This document shows, in pieces, positions 28,295 through 39,077 of a DNA stretch of 64,000 nt. The DNA comes from an uncultured Candidatus Binatia bacterium (GTDB lineage: Bacteria; Desulfobacterota; Binatia; DP-6), in the NCBI GenBank assembly GCA_964618895.1, contig CAZUDO010000058.1, forward strand, positions 46,082-110,081. The letters run 5' to 3'. Position numbers and translations under genes: made by a program. Each line of letters begins with the position of its first letter. Positions within the stretch are counted from its first letter, which is position 1. The notes under the pieces are model-generated. The model ran no database searches. It saw nothing but the letters and a program-made list of their open reading frames with translations, and was not told the DNA's origin.

Positions 28295-31200
28295 CTAGAG
28301 CGGCGTCGGACTCGCCGTCTCGGCCAGCAGGCGCAGCTCGTGCACGACCACGTGCAGAGCCGCCAGGCTCGGGCGCGGGAGCGCGCGCACGTCGCGCACC
28401 AGCGCCTCGATCGCCTCCAGCGCATGCACCGGGAGCGCCTCCGGCGTGAGATGTGCCAGCCGCCGTCGCGCACGCAGCACGTCCGTCACCAACCCCTCGA
28501 CCGCCCGCTGCTGCCAGCGATCGTCTTCCCCGGCCTCACCGAGACGGCCCCACAACCATGCGAAGTCGAGCTGCCGCCCGAGCCCATAGTAGCGTGCGGC
28601 GGTCGCCTCGAGATCGTTGCCCTGTTGGCGCGCCACCGTGACCACGTCGAGGGCGCCGGCAAGCCACCCGGCGGCCGCGACGGCACGCGCCAGCGGGCTC
28701 GGGAGGCCGGACATCTCGAGGTCGGCCACCTGTTTGGCGAAGGCCTGCGCCTCGGCACCCACCAGCCACTCCGGGAGACGATCGCGCACGCGCCCCAGCC
28801 CCGGCGCCAGGTCGGCCAGCAGCTCGACCGCCGGGCGCGCGGGGTCGCCGTTGGCCAGCAGCCACTTCGTCACCCGCTCCGCTGGCCGCTCGAGGGCGAG
28901 CGCGCACACGGTCTGGGCCTCCGCGGAGCCGCCCACGCCGCGCCCGGCCGCCACCAGCTCAGCCGCCCCGATCAGACTCCAGGCGATGCCCCAGGCGCGC
29001 ACCACCGCGACCGTCGACGCGCCGGTGTCGCGCGCCACCCGTGCGACGAAGGTCATGCCCAGCCCATCCACCAGCGCGTTCACGACCTCGGTGGCGACGA
29101 TCTCCCGCCGCAGCGGGTGGGCGGCGATCGCCGCCGGGAAGCGGGCTGCCACCCCGTCCGGGAAGTAGTGCGTCAGGTGATGGGCGAACAACGTGTCGTC
29201 GGCCAGCTCCGACGCCAGCAGCGCCCGCTGCAGGGAGATTTTCGTGTACGCCATCAGGACGGCCAGCTCGGGACGGGTGAGTCCCAGGAAGGTCGGGCGC
29301 CGGGCACGCAGAGCATCGCGATCGGGCAGCACCTCGAGGCTCCGGTCGAGGCCGACCACCCGCTCGAGCTCGGCCATGAGATCGCGGAAGTCGGCCAGCC
29401 GGGTCCGGCTGCGGAGCTCGTCCACCCCCAGCAGCTCGCTCTGCGCGCGGTTGTGGGCCAGCACGCGTTCGACCACGTCGGGCGTGACCTCGGCCAGGAG
29501 CGCGTTCCGCTCCCGGGGCGTGAGGGCGCCGTGCTCGATCGCCGCCTGCAGACAGATCTTGAGATTCACCTCGTGGTCCGACATGTCGACACCGGCCGAG
29601 TTGTCGACCGCGTCCGTGTTCACCCGGCCGCCCGCGAGCGCGTATTCGATCCGTGCCCGCGGCGTGAGGCCGAGGTTGCCTCCCTCTGCCACCATCCGCG
29701 CGCGCAGCGCGTTGGCGCGCACGCGCACCTGGTCGTTCACCGCGTCGCGGATGTCGGCGTCGGTCTCCTGCGAACTGCCGACGTAGGTCCCGATACCGCC
29801 GTTGAACAACACGTCGACGTCGAGCCCAAGCACGGCGTGGACCAACCGCTCGCCGCTCACCGCGTCGTCCCCGAGCCCGAGGAGGGCGCGCACCTCGGGT
29901 GACACGGTCACGCGTTTGGCGGCACGCGCCACCACCATTCCCCCCGGAGACAGGACGGCCGTATCGTACGCCTCCCAGCCGAGGCCGGCGGCGAACAGCC
30001 GTGCGCGCTCCGCAAAACTGCGCGCCGGATCGGGCTCGGGATCGAGGAAGACGTGCCGGTGATTGAACGCCGCTCGCAACCGGACGTGCGGGGAGCGCAG
30101 CAGCCCGTTGCCGAACACGTCGCCCCCCATATCGCCGATGCCGGCCACCGCGAGCGGCGCCGTGTCGGCATCGACCCCGAGGGCCCGGCCGTGCGTGCGC
30201 ACGCATTCCCAGGCGCCGCGCGCCGTGATGCCGAGCTTCTTATGATCGTAGCCGTTGGAGCCTCCGGACGCGAAGGCGTCGCCGAGCCAGAATCCGTACT
30301 CGGCCGCGATCCCGTTGGCGGTGTCCGAGAAGGTGGCCGTGCCCTTGTCGGCGGCCACGACCAGATACGGGTCGTCGTCGTCGTGGACGACCAGGTCGGC
30401 CGGCGCGTGCACCCGACCCGCGACCAGATTGTCGGTCAGGTCGAGGAGGCCCCGGATGAGGGTCGTATACGCAGCGATCACGGCCTCGGGATCGCGCCGC
30501 CCTTTCACCACGAATCCACCCTTGGCGCCGGTCGGGACGATGACGGCGTTCTTCACGGTCTGGGTCTTCATGAGCCCCAGGATCTCGGTGCGGAAATCGT
30601 CGGGCCGATCGCTCCACCGGATGCCCCCGCGAGAAATCTTGCCGCCGCGTAGATGCACGCCTTCCATGCCAGGCCCCTGCACGAAGATCTCGTACAGCGG
30701 CCGCGGCGTCGGCAGGAACATCAGGCCGGCGCTGTGCAGCTTGAGGGCGATGTACGCCCGTGGCGGACCCGGGGCGAAGAAGTTCGTACGCACCGTCGCC
30801 TCGACCAGCTCGAGCAGGGCGCGTAGCAGACGATCCTCACGTAGACTCTGCACGGCGTCGAGGCTGGCAAGGAAGCGCGCGGCCGGCGGCTCGGCGCCCG
30901 GCTCGGAGGGGCCCCCCGGGCGGAAGCGCCCCGCAAAGCAGGCGAAGAGCAGGCGCGCCGGCTCGGGATGGTCGGCGAGGGTGGCCAGGACCGCCTCACG
31001 ACCCCCGAGCCCGGCCTGGACCGCATAGGCGCCGTACGCGCGCAGGCAGTCGACCGCGCGCCAGTCGAGTCCGGCTTCGACAACCAGGCGGTTGAGCACA
31101 TCGTTCTGCGTCCGCTCGTCGTGGATCGCGACCAGCGCGTTCGCCAGGCGCGCGCCGACGGCCGCCACGTCGAGCCGCTGCTGGCGACGGTCCTGGATGC

Positions 31201-32998
31201 GGAAGGTCTGCACGAACAGCAGACGCCCCTCGGGCAGCGCCACCCGCACCTGATCTTCGGCCAACGCCCGCAGCCCCAAATGCTCGAGCATGGCGACGCA
31301 CTCGGAGAGCACCAACGGCGCATCGGCCCGATAGAGCTGGAGGGCCGTGGTGGCGCCGTCGGCGTCGTCGTGGAGTGCCACCTGCATGCAGGCGTCGTGC
31401 TGCACGCGCTCGAACCGTTCCACGTCGACCGCGGCGCGCGCGACGGAAACGGCCGCCCGATAGTCGCCCGGGAACGCCCCCGCGTAGCGCGCGACCAGCC
31501 GCTGGCCCGCGTCCTCGCCGTAGCGGGCGATCAACTCGTCCCGCAACCCTTCGTCCCACGTCCGCACGATGGCCCGGATGGTGGCTTCCAACGCCCCTGT
31601 GTCGGCCGGTGCCGCCGCGTCCAGCGCCGGCGCCATGGTGAGGTGCAGCAGCACCCGGTCGGCGTCACCCAGGATCAGGTGCTCGTCGACCACCGCCCCT
31701 CCGACGTACGCAGCCACGGCCTCCCGCACGCGCTCCTGCGCGTCGCTCGAGAACCGGTCGCGCGGCAGGACCACGAGCACCGGGACGCGCCCGCCGGCCG
31801 CCGGCGGACGCACGGTCACGACGATCTCGTCGGTGCGCGCCGCCGCCCGCACCGACTGGATCTGCTCGCGGATGTCCGCGGGCGTGCCGGCGAACAGGAC
31901 GGGCTTGGGGAGGGCGTTGAAGATGGCGACGATCTCCTTGTGGTCGTGGCTGCCAGGCACCACCTGCTCGGCGGCCAGGACCTGCCGCAGGAGCCGGCGC
32001 AGCAGCGGGAGCTCGGCCGCTTCCTCGGCGTAGGCTTTCGACGTGAACAGCCCGACGAAGCGGCGCGCGCCGGTCACGCGGCCGTCGGTGTCGAGCTCGC
32101 GGACGACGAGGTCGTCCATGCAGGCGCGGCGATGCACCGGCGCGGCGGCCAGGGTCTTCGACACGGCGAGCAAGCGGCCGTCCGCCGTCGCCGGCTCGTC
32201 GACGCCATGGTCGTCGGCTCGCAACAACCCGAGGCTGGTGCCCGGCCGGGACACCAGTGCCGTCCCGCCCGCCGCCACCTCGTACTCGCGATAGCCGAGG
32301 AAGACGAAGCCGCCGTCGACGAGCCAGCGCAGCAAGTCGCCCACCGCCGCCGCATCGGCCGCTGCCTGTGCGGGCCGGGTCCGTCCCGCCGCCTCGAGCT
32401 CGCCGGCGAGCACATGTGCGCGTGCCACCATGGCCACGAAGTCGTCCGTGACCAGACGAACGGCCTCGAGGCCGGCACGAATGTCGTCGGCGAGCCGTGC
32501 GCGCGCCGCATCGTCGAGCGCCGGCACCTCGATGTGCAGGAACGACTCGTGCGCCCCCGCCTCTTCCGGCGGCGCCACCAGCTCGAGGCGCCCGGTCGGA
32601 TCGCGCCCGACCGTGAGGATGGGATGGAGGAACGTGAGGGTCTCGCACCCGGCGGCACGCAGGCGCTCGCGCACCGTGTCGACCACGAACGGCCGATCGC
32701 CCATGATGGTCTCGATCACGGTGACCGGCGCGTCCCAGCCCTCGTGGGCGTAGGTCGGTACGAACACCCGCACGCGGAGATCGGGGCCCGGCGCCGCGAA
32801 GAAGCGGAACGCCGACGCCACCAGGGCGGCGGTCGCCTCGTCGCCGAGCCCCTCCGGCGCGTCGGCTCCGCGCAGGAGCACGCGCGCGAACACCACCGCC
32901 TGCGCGGCTTCGGGACCATGCATCAGGCGGGTGACCAGGTTTCTGAGCCGCTCCGCCACCAACGATCGGCCCATCGTCTCGCGCTCCTCGGTCCCCAT
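28295..32998 (-). CDS. gdh: NAD-specific glutamate dehydrogenase (large, ~180 kDa GDH family)
   Basis: 1567 aa. Catalytic core (…GGIRWSDRPDDFRTEILGLMKTQTVKNAVIVPTGAKGGFVVK…). Confidence 0.9.
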   Translation of the reverse strand: MGTEERETMGRSLVAERLRNLVTRLMHGPEAAQAVVFARVLLRGADAPEGLGDEATAALVASAFRFFAAPGPDLRVRVFVPTYAHEGWDAPVTVIETIMGDRPFVVDTVRERLRAAGCETLTFLHPILTVGRDPTGRLELVAPPEEAGAHESFLHIEVPALDDAARARLADDIRAGLEAVRLVTDDFVAMVARAHVLAGELEAAGRTRPAQAAADAAAVGDLLRWLVDGGFVFLGYREYEVAAGGTALVSRPGTSLGLLRADDHGVDEPATADGRLLAVSKTLAAAPVHRRACMDDLVVRELDTDGRVTGARRFVGLFTSKAYAEEAAELPLLRRLLRQVLAAEQVVPGSHDHKEIVAIFNALPKPVLFAGTPADIREQIQSVRAAARTDEIVVTVRPPAAGGRVPVLVVLPRDRFSSDAQERVREAVAAYVGGAVVDEHLILGDADRVLLHLTMAPALDAAAPADTGALEATIRAIVRTWDEGLRDELIARYGEDAGQRLVARYAGAFPGDYRAAVSVARAAVDVERFERVQHDACMQVALHDDADGATTALQLYRADAPLVLSECVAMLEHLGLRALAEDQVRVALPEGRLLFVQTFRIQDRRQQRLDVAAVGARLANALVAIHDERTQNDVLNRLVVEAGLDWRAVDCLRAYGAYAVQAGLGGREAVLATLADHPEPARLLFACFAGRFRPGGPSEPGAEPPAARFLASLDAVQSLREDRLLRALLELVEATVRTNFFAPGPPRAYIALKLHSAGLMFLPTPRPLYEIFVQGPGMEGVHLRGGKISRGGIRWSDRPDDFRTEILGLMKTQTVKNAVIVPTGAKGGFVVKGRRDPEAVIAAYTTLIRGLLDLTDNLVAGRVHAPADLVVHDDDDPYLVVAADKGTATFSDTANGIAAEYGFWLGDAFASGGSNGYDHKKLGITARGAWECVRTHGRALGVDADTAPLAVAGIGDMGGDVFGNGLLRSPHVRLRAAFNHRHVFLDPEPDPARSFAERARLFAAGLGWEAYDTAVLSPGGMVVARAAKRVTVSPEVRALLGLGDDAVSGERLVHAVLGLDVDVLFNGGIGTYVGSSQETDADIRDAVNDQVRVRANALRARMVAEGGNLGLTPRARIEYALAGGRVNTDAVDNSAGVDMSDHEVNLKICLQAAIEHGALTPRERNALLAEVTPDVVERVLAHNRAQSELLGVDELRSRTRLADFRDLMAELERVVGLDRSLEVLPDRDALRARRPTFLGLTRPELAVLMAYTKISLQRALLASELADDTLFAHHLTHYFPDGVAARFPAAIAAHPLRREIVATEVVNALVDGLGMTFVARVARDTGASTVAVVRAWGIAWSLIGAAELVAAGRGVGGSAEAQTVCALALERPAERVTKWLLANGDPARPAVELLADLAPGLGRVRDRLPEWLVGAEAQAFAKQVADLEMSGLPSPLARAVAAAGWLAGALDVVTVARQQGNDLEATAARYYGLGRQLDFAWLWGRLGEAGEDDRWQQRAVEGLVTDVLRARRRLAHLTPEALPVHALEAIEALVRDVRALPRPSLAALHVVVHELRLLAETASPTPL

Positions 32999-33460
32999 TC
33001 AGCGCCCCCCTTCTTCCGTCGCCACCTCATCGACGACCGCGAACTGGTGCACCAGCCGCTCCCCGACCTGATAGCCGCGCGCCAGCAACGTCGCGCGGAG
33101 TTCGCCGTCACCCGCGTCGAGCGGGGCGCTCAGCTGCCGGCACCCCCGCCGCCGCGCCCGCTCCTCGGCGAACGCCACCAGGCCGTGCAGTACCGGCCCC
33201 GTCGGCGCCCGCCGGGTCCACGCCCCGTCCAGCTCCGCCGTGAGCCCGCCCTGCCCCAGCGAACGGCCGTAATGCAGGGCTACGATGCCGACGATCTCGC
33301 CGCCGGGCTCCTCGGCCACGTACAAGTCGTTGCGCAGGTCCTTCAGCACCCGCGCATACAAGCGACGGAAGCGGCCGTCGCCGGCAACGCCCAACACCGC
33401 CTCGACCTGCGGCAGATCGTGACGACGCCCCCGGCGCACGTGGAACGGAGCGGGCTCCAT
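32999..33460 (-). CDS. GNAT family N-acetyltransferase
   Basis: 153 aa with acetyl-CoA binding motifs A and B (…GEIVGIVALHYG…RRRGCRQL…). Confidence 0.6.
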   Translation of the reverse strand: MEPAPFHVRRGRRHDLPQVEAVLGVAGDGRFRRLYARVLKDLRNDLYVAEEPGGEIVGIVALHYGRSLGQGGLTAELDGAWTRRAPTGPVLHGLVAFAEERARRRGCRQLSAPLDAGDGELRATLLARGYQVGERLVHQFAVVDEVATEEGGR

Positions 33461-33550
33461 GCGGCGAGTGGTCTCTTAGCACAGGTTCTGCGGAACCCCT
33501 CACACCCCGCGCCGCCTTGCAAATCGGGCCTGAGCCGCTAGCGTGCTGGC

Positions 33551-34837
33551 ATGCGCGGGGAGAGCCTGGTGTCGACTGACGCCGCCATCCCGCTCACCGT
33601 CGAGCGGCTCACGTTCGGCCCGGACGCGCTCGCGCGCCAGGACGGCCAGGTAGTGTTCGTGCCGTACGCCGCCCCCGGCGACCGCATCGTCGCCGACGTG
33701 GTCGAGCGGCGGCGCGACTACCTGCGCGCCCGGGTACGGTCGGTGGATACACCCGGCGCAGCCCGCGTCCTCCCGGGCTGCGCGCATTTCTCCGTCTGCG
33801 GCGGCTGTCAGTGGCAACACGTCGCGCCGGCGGCGCAACGCGAGGCGAAGGCGGCGGTGGTCGCGGAGCAGCTCGCCCGTGTGGCGGGCGTGGCGGACGC
33901 CCGCGTTCTGCCGACACTCCCCTCTCCGGCCGACTGGGGTTACCGGGACCGCATCACGCTGGTGGTGGAAGGGCGTCGGCTCGGCTACCACCGCGCCCGC
34001 TCGCACACCCTGGTGGAGATCGCCGCTTGTCCGATCGCCGCGCCGGCACTATCCGCACACCTGGACGCGGCGCGCGCCCTCGCCACCGACGTCCGCGTGC
34101 CCCTCGAGCGGCTCTCGCTGGTCGCCGCCCCCGGCGGCGTCGTCCTGGTCGCCACCGCCACGCGCGCCCCCGGACCGGCGGACGTGGCGGTGGTCGAGCG
34201 GGTCCTCGCGCGGTGGGCGAGCGTGCGCGGCGCCGTGATCCGCGGAGGCGGCGTCCGGCTGGTCACCGGCGACCCGTGCGTCATCGTCCCGCTCGAACCC
34301 GGGCTCACCCTCGAGGTCCCGGCGGACGTGTTCACGCAGGGAAACCTGGAGGCCAATCGCCACCTGGTGGCGACCGTGCTCGCCTGGGGTATCTTCCCCC
34401 CCTCCGCCTCGGTGCTCGACCTCTACTGCGGCGCCGGCAATTTTGCGCTGCCGATCGCGCGCCGCGCGGCGCACGTGCTCGGAATCGAGCACGACGCCCT
34501 CGCCGTCGACGCCGCGCGCGCGAACGCGACCCGGCTCGGGCTCGCGCACGCGACCTTTCGCGCCACCACCGTCGCCGGCGCGCTCGCGGACGTCCGTCCC
34601 GGCAGCATCGACACGATCGTTCTGGATCCACCACGCTCCGGCGCCGCCGACGCAATGCCGGCGCTCGCGCGCCTGCGGGCCCCGCGCATCCTCTACGTCT
34701 CCTGCGATCCCGCCACGCTGGCGCGCGACGTGCGCGTCGTACTCGCCGCCGGTTACGAGCTCGTGCGCGTGCAGCCGATCGATCTCTTTCCGCAGACGTA
34801 TCACGTCGAAAGCGTGACGGAATTACGCTTGACTTGA
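33551..34837 (+). CDS. rlmD: 23S rRNA (uracil-5)-methyltransferase RlmD/RumA family
   Basis: TRAM-like N-terminus, a 4Fe-4S cysteine cluster (CAHFSVCGGCQWQH…C) and a SAM-methyltransferase domain (DLYCGAGNF…DPPRSG). Confidence 0.85.
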   Translation: MRGESLVSTDAAIPLTVERLTFGPDALARQDGQVVFVPYAAPGDRIVADVVERRRDYLRARVRSVDTPGAARVLPGCAHFSVCGGCQWQHVAPAAQREAKAAVVAEQLARVAGVADARVLPTLPSPADWGYRDRITLVVEGRRLGYHRARSHTLVEIAACPIAAPALSAHLDAARALATDVRVPLERLSLVAAPGGVVLVATATRAPGPADVAVVERVLARWASVRGAVIRGGGVRLVTGDPCVIVPLEPGLTLEVPADVFTQGNLEANRHLVATVLAWGIFPPSASVLDLYCGAGNFALPIARRAAHVLGIEHDALAVDAARANATRLGLAHATFRATTVAGALADVRPGSIDTIVLDPPRSGAADAMPALARLRAPRILYVSCDPATLARDVRVVLAAGYELVRVQPIDLFPQTYHVESVTELRLT

Positions 34838-34906
34838 CGGGAGGCCCCCCCTATCCTTCGCTCCGGCGTGCGGTTCGTCGCCGCCTCCGCGGAGGTCACG
34901 CCCTGC

Positions 34907-35155
34907 ATGGCGAAGCAAAGCGAGAAGCCCGCCCGCCCCAAGGTCACGATCATCCCGGGCCGCGGGGTGAGCCAGACCATCAACTATCTGCTCGAGGATC
35001 GCGACGATCTCGAGTGGCTGGTCGCGGTGGGCCGCAACAAGAACGGCGAGATCTTCTTCTACGACACGGGCGGCGACATCATCGAAGACCTGGGCACACT
35101 CGAGTACCTGAAAGAGCGCATCACGCGCGCCCATTTTGGCGAAGAGCCCGACTGA
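34907..35155 (+). CDS. Hypothetical small protein (82 aa)
   Basis: MAKQSEKPARPKVTIIPGRGVSQTINYLLEDRDDLEWLVAVGRNKNGEIFFYDTGGD… with GGAGG 10 nt upstream. No family recognised. Confidence 0.4.
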   Translation: MAKQSEKPARPKVTIIPGRGVSQTINYLLEDRDDLEWLVAVGRNKNGEIFFYDTGGDIIEDLGTLEYLKERITRAHFGEEPD

Positions 35156-35194
35156 GCGCCGATCGCCGCCGCCACCACCAGGATCGCCGCCCGC

Positions 35195-36904
35195 CTACAG
35201 CGTCTTCAGGTACTCGAGCACCGCGCGCCGCTCGGCCGCAGACAGGTGGTCACCGAAGGTGTGCCCGGCGTTCGACTGACTCCAGTAGGTCGTGTCGTAC
35301 ACCAGCGACCGCTCCGTCTCCGGCAGGCTCGCCTGCGGCGTGTCGAGGGCGACGTACGGCCAGCCGAGCGCCTGCTCGTCGAAGTGGGTGCTGTCGAGGT
35401 CCTGCCGCTTCCAGTAGGCCGGCCGCGCCCGGCTGTTCAGCACCAGCTCGACGGTCGGCACCGAGCCGTTGTGCAGGTACGGCGCCGTGGCCCAGATGCC
35501 GTCGAGCGGCGGCGGCATGTAGCCCGGGAACGGATCGTCCGGCACCATACGCGTGATGCGGCCGTAGAAGGACCGGTTGTACCAGTCGACCAGCTGCGGT
35601 GCGTGCACGATGCCGGCCTCGGCCACCACCGGGTCGGTGCCGACCACGGCGAGCGGGATCAGCAGGTTGGGATAGCTGTCGTCCTCGTCCCGCGCACCGT
35701 ACGTGCCGTGGCAGCCGGCGCAGGCGGCGAGGAAGACGCGCTCGCCGCGCGCGGCGAGCTTCCGGTCGACGGCACGCGCGTACGCCGGGGGACGCACCGT
35801 GCGGATGAACGCCTGGATGTCCTTGAAGGCTTCATCGACCTGCGCGGCGCGCGCCACGTCGTCCACGCACACCGAGGTGGCCAGCGCCATGGTGCCACGG
35901 TGATCGCCGCGCGCCATGCCGTTGTAGAACAGCGCATGCTTCTTGTGCGCCCGCCACCACGGCGGCGGGTCGGAGGTCACGCGGGCGTCCACCAGCGGCT
36001 GGCCGTCGCGATCCTTCACCACCAGCGGTGTCAGCTCGGCGTCGCTCCAGGCAAGCGTGTCACGGTCGTGATGCACCATCAGGATGACGGCGAACATCTC
36101 CGCCGGGTTCATGCCGATGGTGCGCATGGCCGTGAGCGGTCCCAGCACCGCGCCCCGCCCGACGACGCGCCGGAGCTGGCTCTTCTCGCCGGCGTCGAGC
36201 CCGAGCAGGTCGAGCACGGCGTCGTCGAGCGGCACCCCCGTCGAGCCGCCGCCGGCACCGCGGGTGAAATCGGCAGTAGCGTTGCCGAGGCCAATCACCA
36301 GCTGCCCGTCGAACACCCCGCCGTGGCACATGAGGCAGTTGGCGTTGATCACCCGTGTCCCATCGGGGGCCGTGAAGGCGTTCATGAAGAACGGCAGCTC
36401 GGCATTCAGCCCCTCGCGGTCGGGGATGCGCGGGGCGTCGGCGCCGCCTCCGAAGCCCCCGGAGAGCGTCCCGCGCAGGCCCTCGATGTTCCACAGCTTG
36501 GCCGGTACCCCGCAGGTCATATAGTCGCCGTTCAGCAGCTCGCGCCGGCCGCGCACGGCGTCGCCGTCCACTTGCGGCTCCGCCGGCAGGGCCACGCCGG
36601 CGTTCCAGGGACACCCGCTGCGGGACCGGCCCGCCGTGCAGCACGGGCGACAGGCGCGCCGGGCGACGCCCTTGCACGTGGCGGCCGCCTGCGTGAAGGC
36701 GCTGCGCGCCCCGGCAACACACTGCCGCCGCGCCGCGCCGCTGCCCGTGCAGGCCGGCTGCGCAGCCGTGCGCCGCGCGCGCGCCGCCTCGACGCAGCCG
36801 CGCTGCGTCGCCCCGCACTCGCGCAGGCACGCGCCGGGACCGGCGAACGCCGGCTCGGCGAGCGCGATCGGGAGGACCAGGAGGAGGGGCGCGAGCGTCC
36901 GCAT
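35195..36904 (-). CDS. Secreted di-heme c-type cytochrome (two CxxCH motifs), CCP/MauG- or DHOR-like
   Basis: 569 aa from MRTLAPLLLVLPIALAEPAFA (signal peptide), with heme motifs CLMCHGG and CAGCHGT. The N-terminal 80 aa are Cys-rich. The start was trimmed from the 906-aa ORF, whose N-terminus is antisense read-through over the Rieske gene. Confidence 0.7.
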   Translation of the reverse strand: MRTLAPLLLVLPIALAEPAFAGPGACLRECGATQRGCVEAARARRTAAQPACTGSGAARRQCVAGARSAFTQAAATCKGVARRACRPCCTAGRSRSGCPWNAGVALPAEPQVDGDAVRGRRELLNGDYMTCGVPAKLWNIEGLRGTLSGGFGGGADAPRIPDREGLNAELPFFMNAFTAPDGTRVINANCLMCHGGVFDGQLVIGLGNATADFTRGAGGGSTGVPLDDAVLDLLGLDAGEKSQLRRVVGRGAVLGPLTAMRTIGMNPAEMFAVILMVHHDRDTLAWSDAELTPLVVKDRDGQPLVDARVTSDPPPWWRAHKKHALFYNGMARGDHRGTMALATSVCVDDVARAAQVDEAFKDIQAFIRTVRPPAYARAVDRKLAARGERVFLAACAGCHGTYGARDEDDSYPNLLIPLAVVGTDPVVAEAGIVHAPQLVDWYNRSFYGRITRMVPDDPFPGYMPPPLDGIWATAPYLHNGSVPTVELVLNSRARPAYWKRQDLDSTHFDEQALGWPYVALDTPQASLPETERSLVYDTTYWSQSNAGHTFGDHLSAAERRAVLEYLKTL

Positions 36905-36936
36905 GCCCGTGCGGTACCATCGCGTTGCCGCGACCG

Positions 36937-37293
36937 TCAATCGTCCGGCAGCGCCCCCGACGGACACTCCGCAACGATGCTCGACCCCTCGACCCGCAGC
37001 GGCACGCGGATGAGGCTCCGCCCGCACGGCGGACCGGCGATACACTCGCCGGTCTCCGGCCGGTAGTAGGCGCCGTGGGTGGCACACTGCACGAAGCGAC
37101 CGTCGGCGGTGAAGAACTGGTTCTCCACCCAGTCGAGCCCCATGGGGACGTGGCGGCAGCGGTTCACGTAGGCGTGCAGCTCGCCGCCGTAGTTCAAGAG
37201 GAACGCCTCCACCTCGTAGCCGTCCCACTGCAGGAGGAACTTCTTCGTCTGCCCCGGAGCCAGCTCGCCCACCTGCGCCACGGTCACGCTCAT
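36937..37293 (-). CDS. Rieske (2Fe-2S) domain protein
   Basis: 118 aa with the Rieske cluster-binding boxes CRH (CRHVPMG) and CxTH (CATHGAYY). Confidence 0.8.
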   Translation of the reverse strand: MSVTVAQVGELAPGQTKKFLLQWDGYEVEAFLLNYGGELHAYVNRCRHVPMGLDWVENQFFTADGRFVQCATHGAYYRPETGECIAGPPCGRSLIRVPLRVEGSSIVAECPSGALPDD

Positions 37294-37446
37294 GCCGGGG
37301 TAGAAGTGCCGCGCCCGGCGCCCGGGAGCAAGTGCGGCCGGTTGTGTCGCGCGCCGGGGCTCCGGGCGCGGGCGGGTTCCCTCCCGCGCGCAGTACGTGG
37401 TCGTTCGTGCTCCACCGCATGACGTCGACCGGAGGCCCCACCGCGG

Positions 37447-38604
37447 TCACAGCGCGCGCCGCACCGCCTCCACCAACGCCGCCAGATCGACGCACTCGAC
37501 GACGGCGGCGCCGCTGGGCGCGTACTGCGCCAGCACGCTGTCGCCGGTGTTCCAGCGCGCCTGCGGCTCGGGCACCAGCCAAACGATCCGCTGCACGCGC
37601 GCGGCGAGCGCCCGCAGCACGTCGGCCCGCGCCGGGAGCCGGTTGTTGCGGGCGTCGCCCAGGACGAGCAGCAGCGTCGTACCCGTCAGCACCGCGCGCC
37701 CCGTCGCCTCGAGCTCCACCAGGACGCGGCCGAAGTCGGAGCGGGCGTGGAGATCGAGCGGTCCGCCGGGCGCCACATGCCCGTCTTCGAGCGAGATCGG
37801 GCACAGGTGATCGACATAGCCGAACAGGGTGACGCGCCGGAAATGGTCGGCCGCCGGCGCCAGCAGGCCGAGGAGCAGCTCGCTCGCCGCCGCCACCGAG
37901 CCCGAAAGGTCGCACAGCGCGACCAGATCGGGGCGTCCGGGCCGCCGGCCCCGAAAGCGCAGGCGAGCGGGCACACCGCCGCTGGCGGTCGCCGTCCGGA
38001 TGGTGCGGCGCAGGTCGAGTCGGCCGCGGCGCTGGCGGCGCTCGCGGCGCGCGAGCCGGGCGCGCAGGCGCTGCCCGAGGGCGCGCACCACGTCGCGCGC
38101 CTCGGCCACGTCAGACGCCGTCAGCTCGCGGAAGGGCATGTGCATGATCGCGCGGGCCCGTGCCGCCCGGCCGGCACGCGTCCCGTCGTCAGGGCCCTTG
38201 GGGCTCGCCACGCGACGGGCAACCGCGGCCCGCGTCGACGCCGGAACCGCCGCGCGCGCACCGGGCGCGTCCGCCGCCTCGCGCTGCTCGCGACCGCCCG
38301 CACCCCGTTCCGTTCCCGCCCGGCCGCGAGCCCCCGTTCCACCCGCCCCGCCGCCACGCCGCCGACGGCTCCGTCCCGCGGCCTCGTCACCTCCGCCGAG
38401 GGGGAAGTGGCTCTCGAACAGCCGATCGAACGCCGCGCGGTCGCGCTCGTCCTTCACCACCGTAGCGGCGAACGCCTCGCGCAGAACCTCGCGCTCGAGG
38501 CTGGCCACCGTCACGGCGCGCACGGCGTCGAGGGTCTCGGCCACCGACACCTCGAGGCCGTCGTGGCGCAAGGCCTGCACGAAGGCGAGGATGCGCTCCC
38601 GCAT
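37447..38604 (-). CDS. VWA domain protein, CoxE-like (partner of the MoxR ATPase)
   Basis: 385 aa. The C-terminal VWA has a MIDAS motif (DLSGS). Central Arg/Gly-rich linker. Confidence 0.7.
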   Translation of the reverse strand: MRERILAFVQALRHDGLEVSVAETLDAVRAVTVASLEREVLREAFAATVVKDERDRAAFDRLFESHFPLGGGDEAAGRSRRRRGGGAGGTGARGRAGTERGAGGREQREAADAPGARAAVPASTRAAVARRVASPKGPDDGTRAGRAARARAIMHMPFRELTASDVAEARDVVRALGQRLRARLARRERRQRRGRLDLRRTIRTATASGGVPARLRFRGRRPGRPDLVALCDLSGSVAAASELLLGLLAPAADHFRRVTLFGYVDHLCPISLEDGHVAPGGPLDLHARSDFGRVLVELEATGRAVLTGTTLLLVLGDARNNRLPARADVLRALAARVQRIVWLVPEPQARWNTGDSVLAQYAPSGAAVVECVDLAALVEAVRRAL

Positions 38605-38658
38605 CGCCGCATCGTAGCGGCTCGCACGGCGACGGGCGACCGCACGCGCCGGTGCGGA

Positions 38659-39009
38659 TCACACCACCAGCAGGGAGACGATGCGCGACAGCCAGGGGAT
38701 GAACGACAGGAACGTGTACACCGTGGCCAGCACCACCATCGACTCGTACACCAGCGGGCGCGCCCCGAGCCGGCGCAGGATGATCAGGAAGGCGCACGCC
38801 TTGGCCTTGAACAGGCAGAGGGTCGCCCCGACGCCCAGGTACGGGATGGAGTAGAGGAGGATCGGGTTGCCCTCGTTCCAGTGCCAGCGCAGCCCCTCGT
38901 AAGTGGCCACGCCGTCGAAGATCTGCAGGCACAGGTTCAAGAGGAAGAGCTGATGGAGCCGGCTGTGTGCTGGGGTGTCCGGCATGGTGGCGCCCGCATC
39001 CGGCTGCAA
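38659..39009 (-). CDS. Small integral membrane protein, DUF5658-like
   Basis: 116 aa with 3-4 TM helices and a conserved EGNP motif (HWNEGNPILL). It lies between the MoxR and VWA genes. Confidence 0.4.
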   Translation of the reverse strand: MQPDAGATMPDTPAHSRLHQLFLLNLCLQIFDGVATYEGLRWHWNEGNPILLYSIPYLGVGATLCLFKAKACAFLIILRRLGARPLVYESMVVLATVYTFLSFIPWLSRIVSLLVV

Positions 39010-39077
39010 GCCAGGTGCCAGGGCATCCCCGCGCCGTTACACGGCGGGGGGGCACGGCGACCGTCAGTGCTGCACCG

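Noticed and set aside
35195-37915. 906-aa ORF
   Set aside because: The N-terminal 337 aa are Arg/Gly-rich antisense over the Rieske gene. The real cytochrome starts at the signal-peptide Met at 36904.
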